Assembly: GCA_037189525.1 (NCBI GenBank) | Contig: JBBCJC010000001.1 | Span: 256,001 to 320,000, forward strand | DNA: 64,000 nt | Source: Gemmatimonadales bacterium | Lineage (GTDB): Bacteria > Gemmatimonadota > Gemmatimonadetes > Gemmatimonadales > GWC2-71-9 | Direction of reading: 5' to 3' | Part shown: positions 19,410 to 30,089 of the stretch, piece by piece | Numbering within the stretch: position 1 is the first letter of the stretch | Layout of the letters: each line of letters begins with the position of its first letter | The notes under the pieces: generated by a model | Database searches by the model: none | What the model was told of the DNA's origin: nothing | Seen by the model: the letters and a program-made list of their open reading frames with translations, nothing else | Translations under genes and position numbers: made by a program

Positions 19410-21320
19410 TCAGCCCCGTGCCCACCTGCCGTGCCAATCGAGGAATACGAGAAGCGACCAGAGCGCCAGGCTGCGATGCTCCTCACCGGCCTGGAGCCGG
19501 TTCCACGCCTCCCGGCACCGTCCCGCATCCAGTAACTCCACCGCACCGAGCCGCTCCGACGCGAGCAGGTCGTCGCCCCATGACCGGAGCGGGCCACGCA
19601 ACCAGGCCGAGATCGGAACCGAGAAGCCCATCTTGGGGCGGTCGACCAGCGCCTGAGGGACCTTCCGATAGAGCACCTGTCGCAAGATCCACTTGGTCTG
19701 ATCGCCCCTGATCCTCATCGAGTCCGGCAGGGTCCAGGCAAACTCGGCCACCCGATGATCCAGGATGGGCGCTCTCGCCTCGAGACTGACCGCCATGCTG
19801 ACCCGGTCGACCTTGGCCAGCAAATCATCCGGCAGGTAGCTGCGCTGATCGGCCAACATCATGCGTCCCAGCAAGGTGTCAGGCCGCTGCCGCTCCATCG
19901 TCTCGACGAACAGCCCCGGCTCCTCGACTACGCCAGGCACCAGGCTGCCCGGGTCCTGCCACGCCGACAGCAAGCTGCGATAGGCATATCCTTCGGACGG
20001 TGCCGACAGGAACTCGCCCAGCTTGCGCAGCTTGCCGGTCCGCGAACGCAGGTCGCCGCCGGAACGCCCCATCATCCGAAGCATCCCGCCAACCGGACCC
20101 CGCAAGGCGCGCGGAACGTACTCGACCGCGTTGAGCAACCGCCGCCCGAAGCGGTAGCGGTTGTACCCGGCAAACAACTCATCGCCACCGTCGCCGGAGA
20201 GCGCGACCGTGACATCCTGTTTCGCCAGCTGGCAGACGAGAAAGGTGGGCAACTGCGACGGATCGGCCAGCGGCTCATCGAACCAGTCGGACAGCCGGGG
20301 AATCAGATCCAGCGTATCAGTCCCGGTCAGCCGCAGCGTGGTCTGATCGGTGCCCAGATGCTTGGCGACCGCCTCGGCGTGATGGACTTCGTCGTATTCC
20401 TTCTCTTCGAAACCGATGGTGTACGTCTTGACCGGGCGCGACAGCTGCTCCTGCATCAGCGCAACCACGGTGGACGAATCGATCCCGCCCGAGAGCAGCG
20501 CACCTAACGGCACGTCGGCATAGAGCCGCAGCTTGACCGCATCGGCCAGCAGCGCTTCGAGCCGATCGACCGCCTCGGTATCCGATCCCCGGAACGGCTG
20601 CGCTTCGCCCGCCTCGGCCACCGCTTCGAGCGACCAGTACCGCTCGGAGAGCGGGAGGGGCTGGTCGGGGTCGCGAATGGTGATCAACGCCCCCGGCTCG
20701 AGCTTCCGCACCCGGCGGTAGATCGATCGCGGCGCCGGCACATAGAGGTAACGCAGGTACTCGACCACGGCGGCGGGATCGATCGACCGGTCGAACGAGG
20801 GGCATGCCACCATCGCCTTGAGTTCCGAGCCCCACGAGATGTAGCCGGGCTCGGCATAGACGAAGAGCGGCTTCTTGCCGAGCCGGTCGCGGATCAGCGT
20901 CAGCTCGCGCTCGCGCCGATCCCAGAGCGACATCGCAAACATGCCCACGAAGCGGGGCAGCGCGGCCCGGACACCCCAGGCCTCGAACGCGGCCAGGATG
21001 ACCTCGGTGTCCGAGCCCCCCCGGAAGGTCGCGCCGAGCGCGGCCAGTTCCTCGCGCAGCGCGGCGTAGTTGTAGATCTCGCCGTTGAAGGCCAGGACGT
21101 ACCGGCCCGAGACGGACGCCATCGGCTGGTGGCCCAGCGGCGACAGATCGATGATAGAGAGGCGCCGGAATCCGAGGGCAATGCCCGATTCGGCGTCGAC
21201 GAAATGACCGCCGTCGTCCGGCCCGCGATGATGGATCGGTGCCATCATCGCGGACACGTCCGCGGTCATGCTCTCATCGGTTCGGGGGCGCGAAGTGAAA
21301 AAGCCGGTCAGGCCGCACAT
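19410..21320 (-). CDS. asnB: Asparagine synthase (glutamine-hydrolysing)-family amidotransferase
   Basis: MCG N-terminus, HRGPD, RRLSIID, FNGEIYN, LSGGIDSS, SGDGGDELF, KMGF. Confidence 0.95.
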   Translation of the reverse strand: MCGLTGFFTSRPRTDESMTADVSAMMAPIHHRGPDDGGHFVDAESGIALGFRRLSIIDLSPLGHQPMASVSGRYVLAFNGEIYNYAALREELAALGATFRGGSDTEVILAAFEAWGVRAALPRFVGMFAMSLWDRRERELTLIRDRLGKKPLFVYAEPGYISWGSELKAMVACPSFDRSIDPAAVVEYLRYLYVPAPRSIYRRVRKLEPGALITIRDPDQPLPLSERYWSLEAVAEAGEAQPFRGSDTEAVDRLEALLADAVKLRLYADVPLGALLSGGIDSSTVVALMQEQLSRPVKTYTIGFEEKEYDEVHHAEAVAKHLGTDQTTLRLTGTDTLDLIPRLSDWFDEPLADPSQLPTFLVCQLAKQDVTVALSGDGGDELFAGYNRYRFGRRLLNAVEYVPRALRGPVGGMLRMMGRSGGDLRSRTGKLRKLGEFLSAPSEGYAYRSLLSAWQDPGSLVPGVVEEPGLFVETMERQRPDTLLGRMMLADQRSYLPDDLLAKVDRVSMAVSLEARAPILDHRVAEFAWTLPDSMRIRGDQTKWILRQVLYRKVPQALVDRPKMGFSVPISAWLRGPLRSWGDDLLASERLGAVELLDAGRCREAWNRLQAGEEHRSLALWSLLVFLDWHGRWARG

Positions 21321-21333
21321 TGCGTGATGCGAT

Positions 21334-21882
21334 TTACCCCGCCAACGCGCGCAGTGCGTCGGCTCCGTAGAAGAGGCGAATGTACTTCGCCTGCGTGGCC
21401 GTGAGCCGGCGCACCGCCCACGACAGATGAACGAAGTGCGGCTCCATCGGCTCGTGCATCGGCTGCATCCCGCACTCGTCGGGCAGGCGATTCCCCTTCT
21501 TCGTGTTGCAGGTGCTGCAGGCCGTCACCACGTTGTGCCACTCGTTGCCGCCACCGCGCGAAATCGGAATCAGGTGATCCCGCGTCAGGCATTCACGCAT
21601 CCGCAACTCGTGCTGGGTCCGGGCGCAGTACTGACAGGTGTAGTCGTCGCGCGCAAAGAGGAACGTGTTGGTGACCTGACGGCGGAACTTCCGGGGAACG
21701 TGCACGAACTTGACCAGCCGGATGATCGCCGGTTTGGGAAGTGCGAGCCTCGCACTCCGCATCTCTTCCCCATGCTCCGCCTCGACGATCTCGGCTTTGC
21801 CGTCGATCACCAGGCGCAGGGCCCGCCGGAGCGGGACCATCGTCAGGGGTTCAAAAGATGCGTTGAGCGCGAGGCACCGCAC
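21334..21882 (-). CDS. HNH endonuclease (HNH_5/McrA-like)
   Basis: LNASFEPL, RDDYTCQYC, TRDHLIPISRGG, NVVTACSTCNTKKG. Confidence 0.9.
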   Translation of the reverse strand: MRCLALNASFEPLTMVPLRRALRLVIDGKAEIVEAEHGEEMRSARLALPKPAIIRLVKFVHVPRKFRRQVTNTFLFARDDYTCQYCARTQHELRMRECLTRDHLIPISRGGGNEWHNVVTACSTCNTKKGNRLPDECGMQPMHEPMEPHFVHLSWAVRRLTATQAKYIRLFYGADALRALAG

Positions 21883-21985
21883 CGCTCACTCCGCGAAAAG
21901 AGGTATCCCACCAAGCTAGAAACGGACCCTGGCTCGAATCAAGCCTGATCGGCCAACCGTCTGCAACGAGCAGGTCACCAGCCGT

Positions 21986-23239
21986 TCACGCGGACCGGTA
22001 CACCATCCTGCCCGAGGCAAAAGTCGCCGCGACCGATTTTGCTTCAGCCGCCAGGACCAACTCTTCAACTAAATCAGGGTCACCCGCTTCCGAAAGCCTG
22101 ACCGCCGCGATGTCGCCAAAGCGGCCAGGGGTGAGCGCCCCGCGCTCGGCGGCCATCCCGGCCAATTGCGCCCCGATCAGGGTCCCATGCCGGAGGGTTT
22201 CCCGCGCCGATGTGCCGAAGAGGGCGCGGGCGGCGCGCAACTCGGCAAACATGTCGAGTGCCCCGACGCTCACCACGGAATCGGTCCCCACACCGACGGT
22301 GAGCCCGGCAGCGACCAGGGCGGCACTATCCGCATCGCCGTGGCCATGGCGGCGGTTGGAAACGGGACAGTGGGCAATGCCGACGCGCCGCGCGGCCAAC
22401 ACCTCGCGGTCGGAGGCGTCGAGTTGGACCGTATGGATGCAGAGGGTGGTGGGACCGAGCACGCCGTGCGCCTCCAGCCAGGCCACCGGCGATCGCCGCG
22501 CCGAGTCTGGGGTACTCCCTTGCTGCGCAAGCGGGGGAATGCCCCGAGCGCGCCAGGCATCGGCAAAGGGGCCTTGATCTTCACGGACGAAGCGGCTTTC
22601 GGCAGGTGACTCGGCCAGGTGGACCGCGATCGGCAGCCCGCGTTGCGCAGCAAGCTGAGCCGCGGCCCGGTAGAGCGGCCCGCTCACCGTGTATGGCGCG
22701 TGGGGCGACAGGCCGAGCCGGACCCGGTCGGAACACCAAGGAAGCTGGCGATCGAGCGCGGCTTCGAGTCCCGCTATGCTAGCTGCGCACTGCGCCGGAT
22801 CGGGTCCGAACACTTCCTGATAGGCAACGCCGGCTCCACCCAGCTCATCGAGCGCAGGCAGCACCGCGCCGGAGTCGCCGGTATCGAGGACCAGGGTGAT
22901 CCCGGCGGCAAAGGCATCCCGGACGCCCTGGCGCGCCGCGGCCCGGAACCAGTCGGGCGAGAGCCCCGCTTTGAGCTCGCGCACGCCGCGAATCCAGCGG
23001 GTGAAGTCGTCTTCCTCGACCTGGCCGTGGAGGCCGGTGAGTTCCAGATGAGTGTGGGCGTTGACCAGGCCGGGAATCAGGGCCGTCCCGGGCAGCGCGA
23101 TCTCGGCAATTCCGGGAGGGGTGGGAACTTCGGCACTCGGACCCAGCGCGGCAATCCGACCGGACGCCTCGAGCAGCACCGCGGCCCCGGCGACGGGCGG
23201 ACCGTCCAGGGTCACGAGCCAATCCGCCGTCACGCGCAT
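21986..23239 (-). CDS. Amidohydrolase (MTA/SAH- or aminofutalosine-deaminase-like)
   Basis: PGLVNAHTHLE, SPHAPYTV, HLAES, HCPVSN, GTDS; alternative TTG start at 23263. Confidence 0.85.
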   Translation of the reverse strand: MRVTADWLVTLDGPPVAGAAVLLEASGRIAALGPSAEVPTPPGIAEIALPGTALIPGLVNAHTHLELTGLHGQVEEDDFTRWIRGVRELKAGLSPDWFRAAARQGVRDAFAAGITLVLDTGDSGAVLPALDELGGAGVAYQEVFGPDPAQCAASIAGLEAALDRQLPWCSDRVRLGLSPHAPYTVSGPLYRAAAQLAAQRGLPIAVHLAESPAESRFVREDQGPFADAWRARGIPPLAQQGSTPDSARRSPVAWLEAHGVLGPTTLCIHTVQLDASDREVLAARRVGIAHCPVSNRRHGHGDADSAALVAAGLTVGVGTDSVVSVGALDMFAELRAARALFGTSARETLRHGTLIGAQLAGMAAERGALTPGRFGDIAAVRLSEAGDPDLVEELVLAAEAKSVAATFASGRMVYRSA

Positions 23240-23259
23240 CGGCGGCTCCGATGATACGG

Positions 23260-25419
23260 TCAATGACTTTCGTCCGGCTCGGCCTGCGGCGGGCGATGGC
23301 CACCATGAATGGGACAGCGCTCGGTCGGCTCGGTCCCCGGCACGTAGTACTCCGGACCAACCGACCTGGGCGGGCACATCGGTGTTGCCAGATAGCCGGT
23401 GGAGCGGTCGATGCTCATGGTCACCACGCCCTCGGGCATCTGCCAGGGCGTCGGCGCCCGGCGCCGCTCGTAGACCTCTTTCATCATCAGCGCCCACGCC
23501 GGCGCGGCGAGCCGGCCGCCCTGCGCGTTGCCCATGATGACCTGCTTCTTGTCGAAGCCCATCCAGACGCCGGTAACCAGATCGGGCGTGAACCCGATGA
23601 ACCAGACGTCCATGCCGTCGTTGGTGGTGCCGGTCTTCCCGCCGGCGGGCAGGTTGATCCCGACGCGAGGCATCATGCCTTGCGCCGTGCCTTTGCGGAC
23701 CACATCGCGAAGTCCGTCGAGGACGAGCCAGGCCTGCTCCGGTTCCATGATCCGGGTCTGCTTGGTCTCCGGCTGCCAGAGGATGTTGCCGTTGGCGTCT
23801 TCGACCCGCGTGATGGCGGTCGGCGGCACCCGCACGCCCATGTTGGCAAAGGTACCGAAGGCGGAGGTGATCTCGAGCGGCGTCACTTCGGAAGCGCCGA
23901 TGAAGATCGAGGGGACTCGGGGAATCCGCCGTACGATGCCCGTCATGGCCGCTTCACGCACCACTGCTTCGATCCCGACATCGAGGCCGACTTTGACGGC
24001 CACGGTGTTGCGGGAATCATAGAGCGCCTCGCGCATGCTGAGCGGGCCCCGGAACTTGAGATCGTAGTTCTTGGGCGCCCAGGCCGGCTGGTCGGGAATT
24101 TCGACCTCGACCGGCGAGTCCTCGTAGATGTCGCTCATCCGGTAGCCGGCGCGGATGGCAGCGGCGTAGACGAACGGCTTGAAGGTCGAGCCCGCCTGGC
24201 GCTCGGCCTGCGTAGCGCGGTTGTATTTGGAATCGCCGAAATCACGACCGCCGACGAGCGCGCGGATGTATCCCGTCTTGACTTCGATCGTGACAATGGA
24301 GCCCTGGAGATAGGGCGAGAACGGGCCCTGGCTTTCCTCGTCGACCTCACCGTCGCGCTGATCGAGGTATTCGCGGAAGGTCTGGTGGCGGAACCGGCCG
24401 TACTCGGTCCCGGACTCGATCTTAGCCAGCTGCGCTTCGAGCGCCCGCTCGGCCGCCTGCTGCATGTCGAGGTCGAGCGTGGTGTAGACCCGGAGGCCGG
24501 ACCGATAGAGATCGCCGCCGAACCGGGCCTGCAACAGCTGGCGGGCATATTCGACGAAGTAGTCGCCCACCCCGGTAAAGTCCGACCGCGACGACAGCGC
24601 GAGCGGGTAGGCTTTCCACGCCTCGGCCGACTCACGCGACAGCTTGGACTGGTCGCGGAGCAGATTGATGATCAGGTTCCGCCGCTGCACGTTGAGCGAC
24701 GGGTTCCGCCGCGGATTGTAGCGGGTGGGGCCTTTCGGAATCGCGGCGAGCGACGCGGCCTCGGCCACGTTGAGCGCCCGGGCCGACTTGCCGAAGTACC
24801 GGAGCGACGCGGCCTCGACGCCGTAGGCCCCGTTGCCGAGATTGATCTGATTGAGATAGAGCTCGAGGATCTTCTGCTTCGGATAGCGGCGCTCGATGTC
24901 CATGGCGACACGCATCTCGCGCAGCTTGCGGGTCAGGCCGCGGAACCCGCTCCGCTGGGTCCGGTCGATCATCTCGGGCCAGAGATTCCCGGCCAGCTGC
25001 ATGGTCACCGTCGAAAAACCTTGGAGCCGCTGCCCGCTCAGGACCGCCTTGATGGCGCCGAAGATGCGGACCCAGTCGATCCCGCCATGCTCGTAAAATC
25101 GGCGGTCTTCCGTGCTCAGGAAGGCCGCGATGACGGCGGGAGACATCTGTTCGAGTGGGACTACCGTCCGCCGCTGGAGGCCGAAATCCGTCACCAGCCG
25201 CCCATCGGCGGCATAGACCTTGGAGGCCTGGTCCGGATCATAGGTCTCGAGGCTGGCGATCGAGGGGCACGAATCGACCGGCCCGCAGACGTTGAACCAG
25301 GCACCTACCAGGAGGGCAATACCAAAGACGCCCAACGCGCCGATGGAGAGCAACACCCGGAATCGGACTTTGGGCGTTTTCCACCAGCCGAAGAGTCCCT
25401 TGAACGACCAACGAGCCAT
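23260..25419 (-). CDS. mrcA: Class A penicillin-binding protein 1A
   Basis: TM anchor; EDRRFYEH, STVTMQL, RKLRE, YLNQI transglycosylase motifs; STFK, SRN, KTGT transpeptidase motifs. Confidence 0.93.
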   Translation of the reverse strand: MARWSFKGLFGWWKTPKVRFRVLLSIGALGVFGIALLVGAWFNVCGPVDSCPSIASLETYDPDQASKVYAADGRLVTDFGLQRRTVVPLEQMSPAVIAAFLSTEDRRFYEHGGIDWVRIFGAIKAVLSGQRLQGFSTVTMQLAGNLWPEMIDRTQRSGFRGLTRKLREMRVAMDIERRYPKQKILELYLNQINLGNGAYGVEAASLRYFGKSARALNVAEAASLAAIPKGPTRYNPRRNPSLNVQRRNLIINLLRDQSKLSRESAEAWKAYPLALSSRSDFTGVGDYFVEYARQLLQARFGGDLYRSGLRVYTTLDLDMQQAAERALEAQLAKIESGTEYGRFRHQTFREYLDQRDGEVDEESQGPFSPYLQGSIVTIEVKTGYIRALVGGRDFGDSKYNRATQAERQAGSTFKPFVYAAAIRAGYRMSDIYEDSPVEVEIPDQPAWAPKNYDLKFRGPLSMREALYDSRNTVAVKVGLDVGIEAVVREAAMTGIVRRIPRVPSIFIGASEVTPLEITSAFGTFANMGVRVPPTAITRVEDANGNILWQPETKQTRIMEPEQAWLVLDGLRDVVRKGTAQGMMPRVGINLPAGGKTGTTNDGMDVWFIGFTPDLVTGVWMGFDKKQVIMGNAQGGRLAAPAWALMMKEVYERRRAPTPWQMPEGVVTMSIDRSTGYLATPMCPPRSVGPEYYVPGTEPTERCPIHGGHRPPQAEPDESH

Positions 25420-25500
25420 ACCGAGAAGCTAATCAGACAGCGGGACCGGGGGAACGAACCGCTTCCGCCGTTCTCGCCCGCCCGCTAGTTTGCCGACCCT

Positions 25501-26766
25501 ATGTCGAATCTCGTCACCACTCTGCGTGACCGGGGGCTTCTGCAGGACGTGACCCCCGGCCTGGAAGCGCGCCTCGCTCAGGGCCCGGTTACGGGCTACG
25601 TCGGGTTCGATCCGACGGCCGACTCGCTGCACGTCGGCAACCTCGTCCCGGTGATGGGCCTGGTCTGGCTCCAGCGCCTGGGCGGCCGGCCGATTGCGCT
25701 GGTGGGCGGCGGCACCGGAATGGTGGGCGACCCGAGCGGCAAGCGGAGCGAGCGGCCGATGCTCTCGCTCGACCAGGTTCGGGCCAATGCAGCGGCCATC
25801 GGCAAGCAGTTGGAGAAGTTCCTCGACTTCGACGACGAGACCGGCGCCCGGCTCCTCAACAACGCCGACTGGCTGGCGGACCTGCCGCTGCTCGCCTTTC
25901 TGCGCGATGCCGGCAAGCACTTCACGATCAACTACATGTTGCAGAAGGACTCGGTCAAGAGCCGCCTGGAGGCGGGGATTTCCTTTACCGAGTTCACCTA
26001 CATGCTGATCCAGGCCTACGACTTCTGGCATCTGCATCGGACCACCGGTTGCGCGCTGCAGCTGGGCGGCAGCGATCAGTGGGGCAACATCACGGCGGGC
26101 GTCGAGCTGATCGGTCGCAAAGAGAGCGCCGATGCGCATGGCCTGGTGCTGCCACTCCTGACCACGGCGAGCGGGGCCAAGTTCGGCAAGAGCGAAGGGG
26201 GCAACGTCTGGCTCGATCCGGCCAAGACGTCGCCGTACAAGTTCTTCCAGTTCTGGCTCAATGCGGAGGATGCGGACGTCGACCGCCTGCTCCGGACCTT
26301 CACGACCGTGTCGCTCGAGGAGATCGCAGCGGTCCTGGCTACGCACACGGCCGATCCCGGCAAGCGGACGGCGCAGCGGTTTCTGGCGCGGGACGTGACC
26401 AGCCGCATCCATGGCGCCGAGACGACGGAGCGGGTCATCGCAGCAAGCGAGGTCCTGTTCGGGGGCATCCCGCTCGCGAGTGCCGACGTGCAGACGCTCG
26501 AGATCGTTGCCGGAGAAGTGCCCACCATCGCGGTGGCGCGCGACCGTCTGGCCGGCTGGATCGGGGTGGTCGATGCGCTGGTGGAAACCGGCCTGGCCGC
26601 ATCCAAGGCCGAAGCCCGGCGCGGTATTCAGGGCCAGGGATTCTCGGTCAATGGCGTCAAGATCGCGGGCGCCGAGCAGACTCTGGGCGTAGACGACCTG
26701 CTGGCGGGCCGGTTCGTCGCTCTGCAGAAGGGGCGCCGCTCCTACGCGTTCCTCGACATCGGGTAA
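25501..26766 (+). CDS. tyrS: Tyrosine--tRNA ligase
   Basis: [28 protein letters not shown]-terminal S4 domain. Confidence 0.97.
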   Translation: MSNLVTTLRDRGLLQDVTPGLEARLAQGPVTGYVGFDPTADSLHVGNLVPVMGLVWLQRLGGRPIALVGGGTGMVGDPSGKRSERPMLSLDQVRANAAAIGKQLEKFLDFDDETGARLLNNADWLADLPLLAFLRDAGKHFTINYMLQKDSVKSRLEAGISFTEFTYMLIQAYDFWHLHRTTGCALQLGGSDQWGNITAGVELIGRKESADAHGLVLPLLTTASGAKFGKSEGGNVWLDPAKTSPYKFFQFWLNAEDADVDRLLRTFTTVSLEEIAAVLATHTADPGKRTAQRFLARDVTSRIHGAETTERVIAASEVLFGGIPLASADVQTLEIVAGEVPTIAVARDRLAGWIGVVDALVETGLAASKAEARRGIQGQGFSVNGVKIAGAEQTLGVDDLLAGRFVALQKGRRSYAFLDIG

Positions 26767-26897
26767 CAGAATCCGGAGTTAATCAGTCGGGCTATTGCCG
26801 GTCCCGCGCGTCGGAGATACATTCGCGCTCGCGAGTCCCAACTCGCGAGCAGAGCACCACCCTCCTCAATTCACCACTCAATAGTACGGAGCGGACC

Positions 26898-27209
26898 ATG
26901 GGTAAAGAGTTCATGGCGTTCATGAAGCAGTACGGTGTCATCGGCTTGGCCCTCGGCGTCATCATCGGCGGCAAGGTCGGTGCGGTGGTGAGCTCGCTGG
27001 TCGACGGCATCATCATGCCGTTGGTGGGTCTGGTCGTGCCGGGCGGCGACTGGCGCGAGGCCGGGTTTCATCTCATCCCCGGAAACGATGCATCGCTGAT
27101 CAAACTGGGCGCCTTTGCCGGGTCGCTGCTCGACTTCCTGATCGTGGCCTTCCTGGTGTTCTGGTTTGCCAAGAAGGTGCTGCGTGAAGAAGAGGTGGCG
27201 AAGAAGTAG
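26898..27209 (+). CDS. mscL: Large-conductance mechanosensitive channel, short form
   Basis: KEFMAF..YGVIGLALGVIIG, SLVDGIIMP, GAF...LDFLIVA; RBS GGAG. Confidence 0.85.
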   Translation: MGKEFMAFMKQYGVIGLALGVIIGGKVGAVVSSLVDGIIMPLVGLVVPGGDWREAGFHLIPGNDASLIKLGAFAGSLLDFLIVAFLVFWFAKKVLREEEVAKK

Positions 27210-27229
27210 TCTGTAATCCGCATGAACAC

Positions 27230-27272
27230 GCGGGAGATTCGGCATTCGGGCCGAACCTCCCGCATCGTTTTT
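27230..27272 (+). terminator. Hairpin terminator between convergent mscL and DUF853 genes
   Basis: GCGGGAG-A-TTCGGC...GCCGAA-C-CTCCCGC then TTTTT. Confidence 0.6.
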
Positions 27273-28834
27273 CAGCGACGGCGTTTCGTGGTACTGGGTG
27301 GACGGGTGCCCAGCATGCCGAAGACGCCGCGGACCAGCTCCCGGCCCAGCGAACGCGCCACCGTGGTCGTGAAGGCGCCGGCTACCGCGCCGCCGATGGC
27401 CGCTGCCCATCCCTTCCCCGCCTTCCGGCTGGCGGGCGCGCGCGCCGGCTCCCGGGACGGTCCGCTCGGCGGGGCAGGTTCCGGCGCGCTGGCCGCCATC
27501 CGCTTGGCGAGCATCTCATAGGCGCTTTCGCGGTTGATGGCCGTTCCATACTCCCGCATCAGGTCCGACTCCTCCAGCTCCCGGCGATACTCCTCCGCCG
27601 TCAGCGGCGACATACGCGACGTGGGCGCCACCAGACGGGTAGCGGCCACCGGTGTCGGCACCCCGCGCTGATCGAGACCGGTCACGATTGCCTCCCCGAT
27701 GCCGAGCGAGGTCAGCACGGTCTGCAGATCGTAGAAGGCGGTTTTCGGGAAGGTCCGCACCGTGGCCCGGAGCGACGCCTCGTCGTCGGGCGTATGGGCC
27801 CGAAGCGCGTGCTGGACCCGATTCGAAAGCTGCGCAAGGACGGTATCGGGCACATCCTTGGGAGTCTGCGTCACGAAGAAGACGCCGACACCCTTGGACC
27901 GAATCATCCGGACGACCTGCTCGACCTGGGCCAGGAACGCCTTCGATGCCCCCCGGAAGAGGAAGTGGGCTTCGTCGAAGAAGAACACCAGCTTGGGCTT
28001 GGGCAGGTCACCGGCTTCGGGAAGATTCTGAAACAGCTCGGCCAGGAGCCACATCATGAAGGTCGAGAAGAGCGCCGGCTTGTCCTGGCAATCCGCCAGC
28101 TGCAGGCAGGTGATGGTGCCCTGGCCGTTGCGATCGACGTGCAACAGGTCCCGCACGTCGAATTCAGGTTCGCCGAAGAACTGCTGGGCGCCCTGCTGCT
28201 CGAGTTCGACCATCTTGCGGAGCAACACGCCCACCGTGGCTCCCGACATGCCGCCGTACTCCTCCCGCACCGCCTTCCCGTCGTCGCTCGACAGGTAGCG
28301 CAGCACGGCGCGGAGATCATCGAAATCGAGCAGCGGCAGCGCCTGGTCGTCACAAGCTTTGAAGACCATGGCCAGCACACTGGCCTGGGTTTCGTTGAGT
28401 CCCAGCACCTTGCTCAGCAAGAGCGGTCCGAACCCGCTGACCGTAGCGCGGAGTTGCACCCCGTTGGCCCCGGTCAGACTGACCAGTTCCACCGGCGCGG
28501 CTCGCGGTTCCCACGGCACGCCCACCGCGGCCGCGCGCTCGGCGATCTTCGCGTTCGGCTCACCGGGCGCCGCCAGGCCAGTGAGGTCGCCCTTGAGGTC
28601 CGCGACGAACACGGGAACGCCCTGCGCCGAGAGCTGCTCCGCAATCAGCTGAAGCGTTTTGGTTTTGCCGGTACCGGTGGCGCCGGCAATCAGGCCGTGC
28701 CGATTCATCATGCCCAGCGGAATGGCCACCTTCGGCTCCGGCAGGACGTGCTGCCCATCGAGCGGGGCGCCCAGCACTACTCTCGGTCCGTCGAATCCAT
28801 ACCCTGCGAGCAAGGCGTCCTGCAGTGTCGCCAT
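27272..28834 (-). CDS. HerA-like ATPase DUF853 (YjgR family)
   Basis: NRHGLIAGATGTGKT, FFFDEAH, IRSKGVG, RVQHALRA. Confidence 0.92.
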   Translation of the reverse strand: MATLQDALLAGYGFDGPRVVLGAPLDGQHVLPEPKVAIPLGMMNRHGLIAGATGTGKTKTLQLIAEQLSAQGVPVFVADLKGDLTGLAAPGEPNAKIAERAAAVGVPWEPRAAPVELVSLTGANGVQLRATVSGFGPLLLSKVLGLNETQASVLAMVFKACDDQALPLLDFDDLRAVLRYLSSDDGKAVREEYGGMSGATVGVLLRKMVELEQQGAQQFFGEPEFDVRDLLHVDRNGQGTITCLQLADCQDKPALFSTFMMWLLAELFQNLPEAGDLPKPKLVFFFDEAHFLFRGASKAFLAQVEQVVRMIRSKGVGVFFVTQTPKDVPDTVLAQLSNRVQHALRAHTPDDEASLRATVRTFPKTAFYDLQTVLTSLGIGEAIVTGLDQRGVPTPVAATRLVAPTSRMSPLTAEEYRRELEESDLMREYGTAINRESAYEMLAKRMAASAPEPAPPSGPSREPARAPASRKAGKGWAAAIGGAVAGAFTTTVARSLGRELVRGVFGMLGTRPPSTTKRRR

Positions 28835-28853
28835 GACTGGCTCCCTTTCTTTC

Positions 28854-30041
28854 TCAGACCAGACGATCGAGCAACGCGATCAGACGCCCGACCTCGTCGG
28901 CCGAATTGTAGCAGTGCGGGCTGACCCGAATCATTCCTTCGCGGAGCGATACGACGACCCCGTGCGCCTTGAGCTCCGCATGCACCCGGGCAGCATCGGG
29001 CAGAGCCAGCGACACGATCCCCGTGCCCCGCGAGCCCGTCGCCGACCCGACTCGAACGCCGCGATTCTCGGCCCAGGCCAGGAGCGGCTGGTTGAGGCTG
29101 CGCAGGTGGCGAGTAATCGCATCGATGCCGAGTTCGCCCAACAACTCGAGCGACGCATTCATGCCGACGAAATCCTGAAACGGCAGCGTGATGACCTCGA
29201 ACCGCCGGGCATCGCGTCGCCAGTCCGCCGGATACGCGGTCATGGTCGCAAAATCGTCGGTACCTTCGAACGCCGTCCATCCCACTACCGGCGGGTTCAG
29301 GCGCTCGATCAGGTCCGATCGCACATAGGTAAAGCCCGACCCCCACGGCGACAGCAGCCATTTCTGCGCACCGCACGCGAGAATATCCACCGGGGTGGCC
29401 CCCACATCGAACGGCACCTGTCCCAGGCCCTGGATCGCATCCACCACGAACCAGGCGCCCGCAGCCCGCACGGCCGCGCCGAGCCGGCCGATATCGGCGA
29501 GGTAGCCGGTGTGAAATTGCACCAGAGACAGGGCCAGCACCTTGACGCGCGGGTCTTCGAGCCGGGCCAATATTCGCGCCTCGTCCGGCCAGCCCTCCGG
29601 CGTGAGCGGCACCAGTTCGAGCACGGCGCCTCGCCGTGACTGTTCGCGCCAGGGAAAGACATTGGCGGGGAACTCGCCGTGGCTCACCAGGATGATGTCA
29701 CCGGCTTCGAGCGGGATGGCCTGGGCGGCGAGGTTGATTCCGGCACTGGTGTTGGTGGCCAGCGCGATTTCCGAGGGTGTAGCCCCGATCAACTCCGCCG
29801 CCAGCGCCCGCGACCGCGCGAAGACGCCGAACAGGTGCTCCTCGGACAGCCGGTACGCCTCCGCGCGAACGCGATTGTATTCCTCGAGGCGCCGGCGGGT
29901 CCGTTCGGGCAGCGGGCCGATCGAGGCGTGATCGAGATAGATCGCGCGATCGGCCCAGGGGAACTCCTCCCGGCGGAGCGCCTCCACGTCGAAATGGCGG
30001 GCAGTGTCGCCGGCCACTGCCAGCGCAATATCAGAACTCAC
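28854..30041 (-). CDS. Class V PLP-dependent aminotransferase-fold enzyme
   Basis: YLDHASIGP, VDAIQG, GAQKWL, IRVSPH.YN; GTG start inferred because the ORF-track extension overlaps patatin. Confidence 0.85.
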   Translation of the reverse strand: MSSDIALAVAGDTARHFDVEALRREEFPWADRAIYLDHASIGPLPERTRRRLEEYNRVRAEAYRLSEEHLFGVFARSRALAAELIGATPSEIALATNTSAGINLAAQAIPLEAGDIILVSHGEFPANVFPWREQSRRGAVLELVPLTPEGWPDEARILARLEDPRVKVLALSLVQFHTGYLADIGRLGAAVRAAGAWFVVDAIQGLGQVPFDVGATPVDILACGAQKWLLSPWGSGFTYVRSDLIERLNPPVVGWTAFEGTDDFATMTAYPADWRRDARRFEVITLPFQDFVGMNASLELLGELGIDAITRHLRSLNQPLLAWAENRGVRVGSATGSRGTGIVSLALPDAARVHAELKAHGVVVSLREGMIRVSPHCYNSADEVGRLIALLDRLV

Positions 30042-30089
30042 GATGCCGTCCAGGTATGAGGGGACGAACGATGCCGATAATATCCTAGC

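Noticed and set aside
21334..21882. HNH nuclease as a defence or homing element
   Set aside because: Looks like the widespread stand-alone HNH_5 type; no methylase, repeats, intron or mobility context
28854..30041. Class V PLP enzyme as a cysteine desulfurase supplying the patatin Fe-S cluster
   Set aside because: It lacks the catalytic Cys loop (RxGHHCA or SSGSAC; the region reads SLREGMIRVS), so a desulfurase role is unsupported
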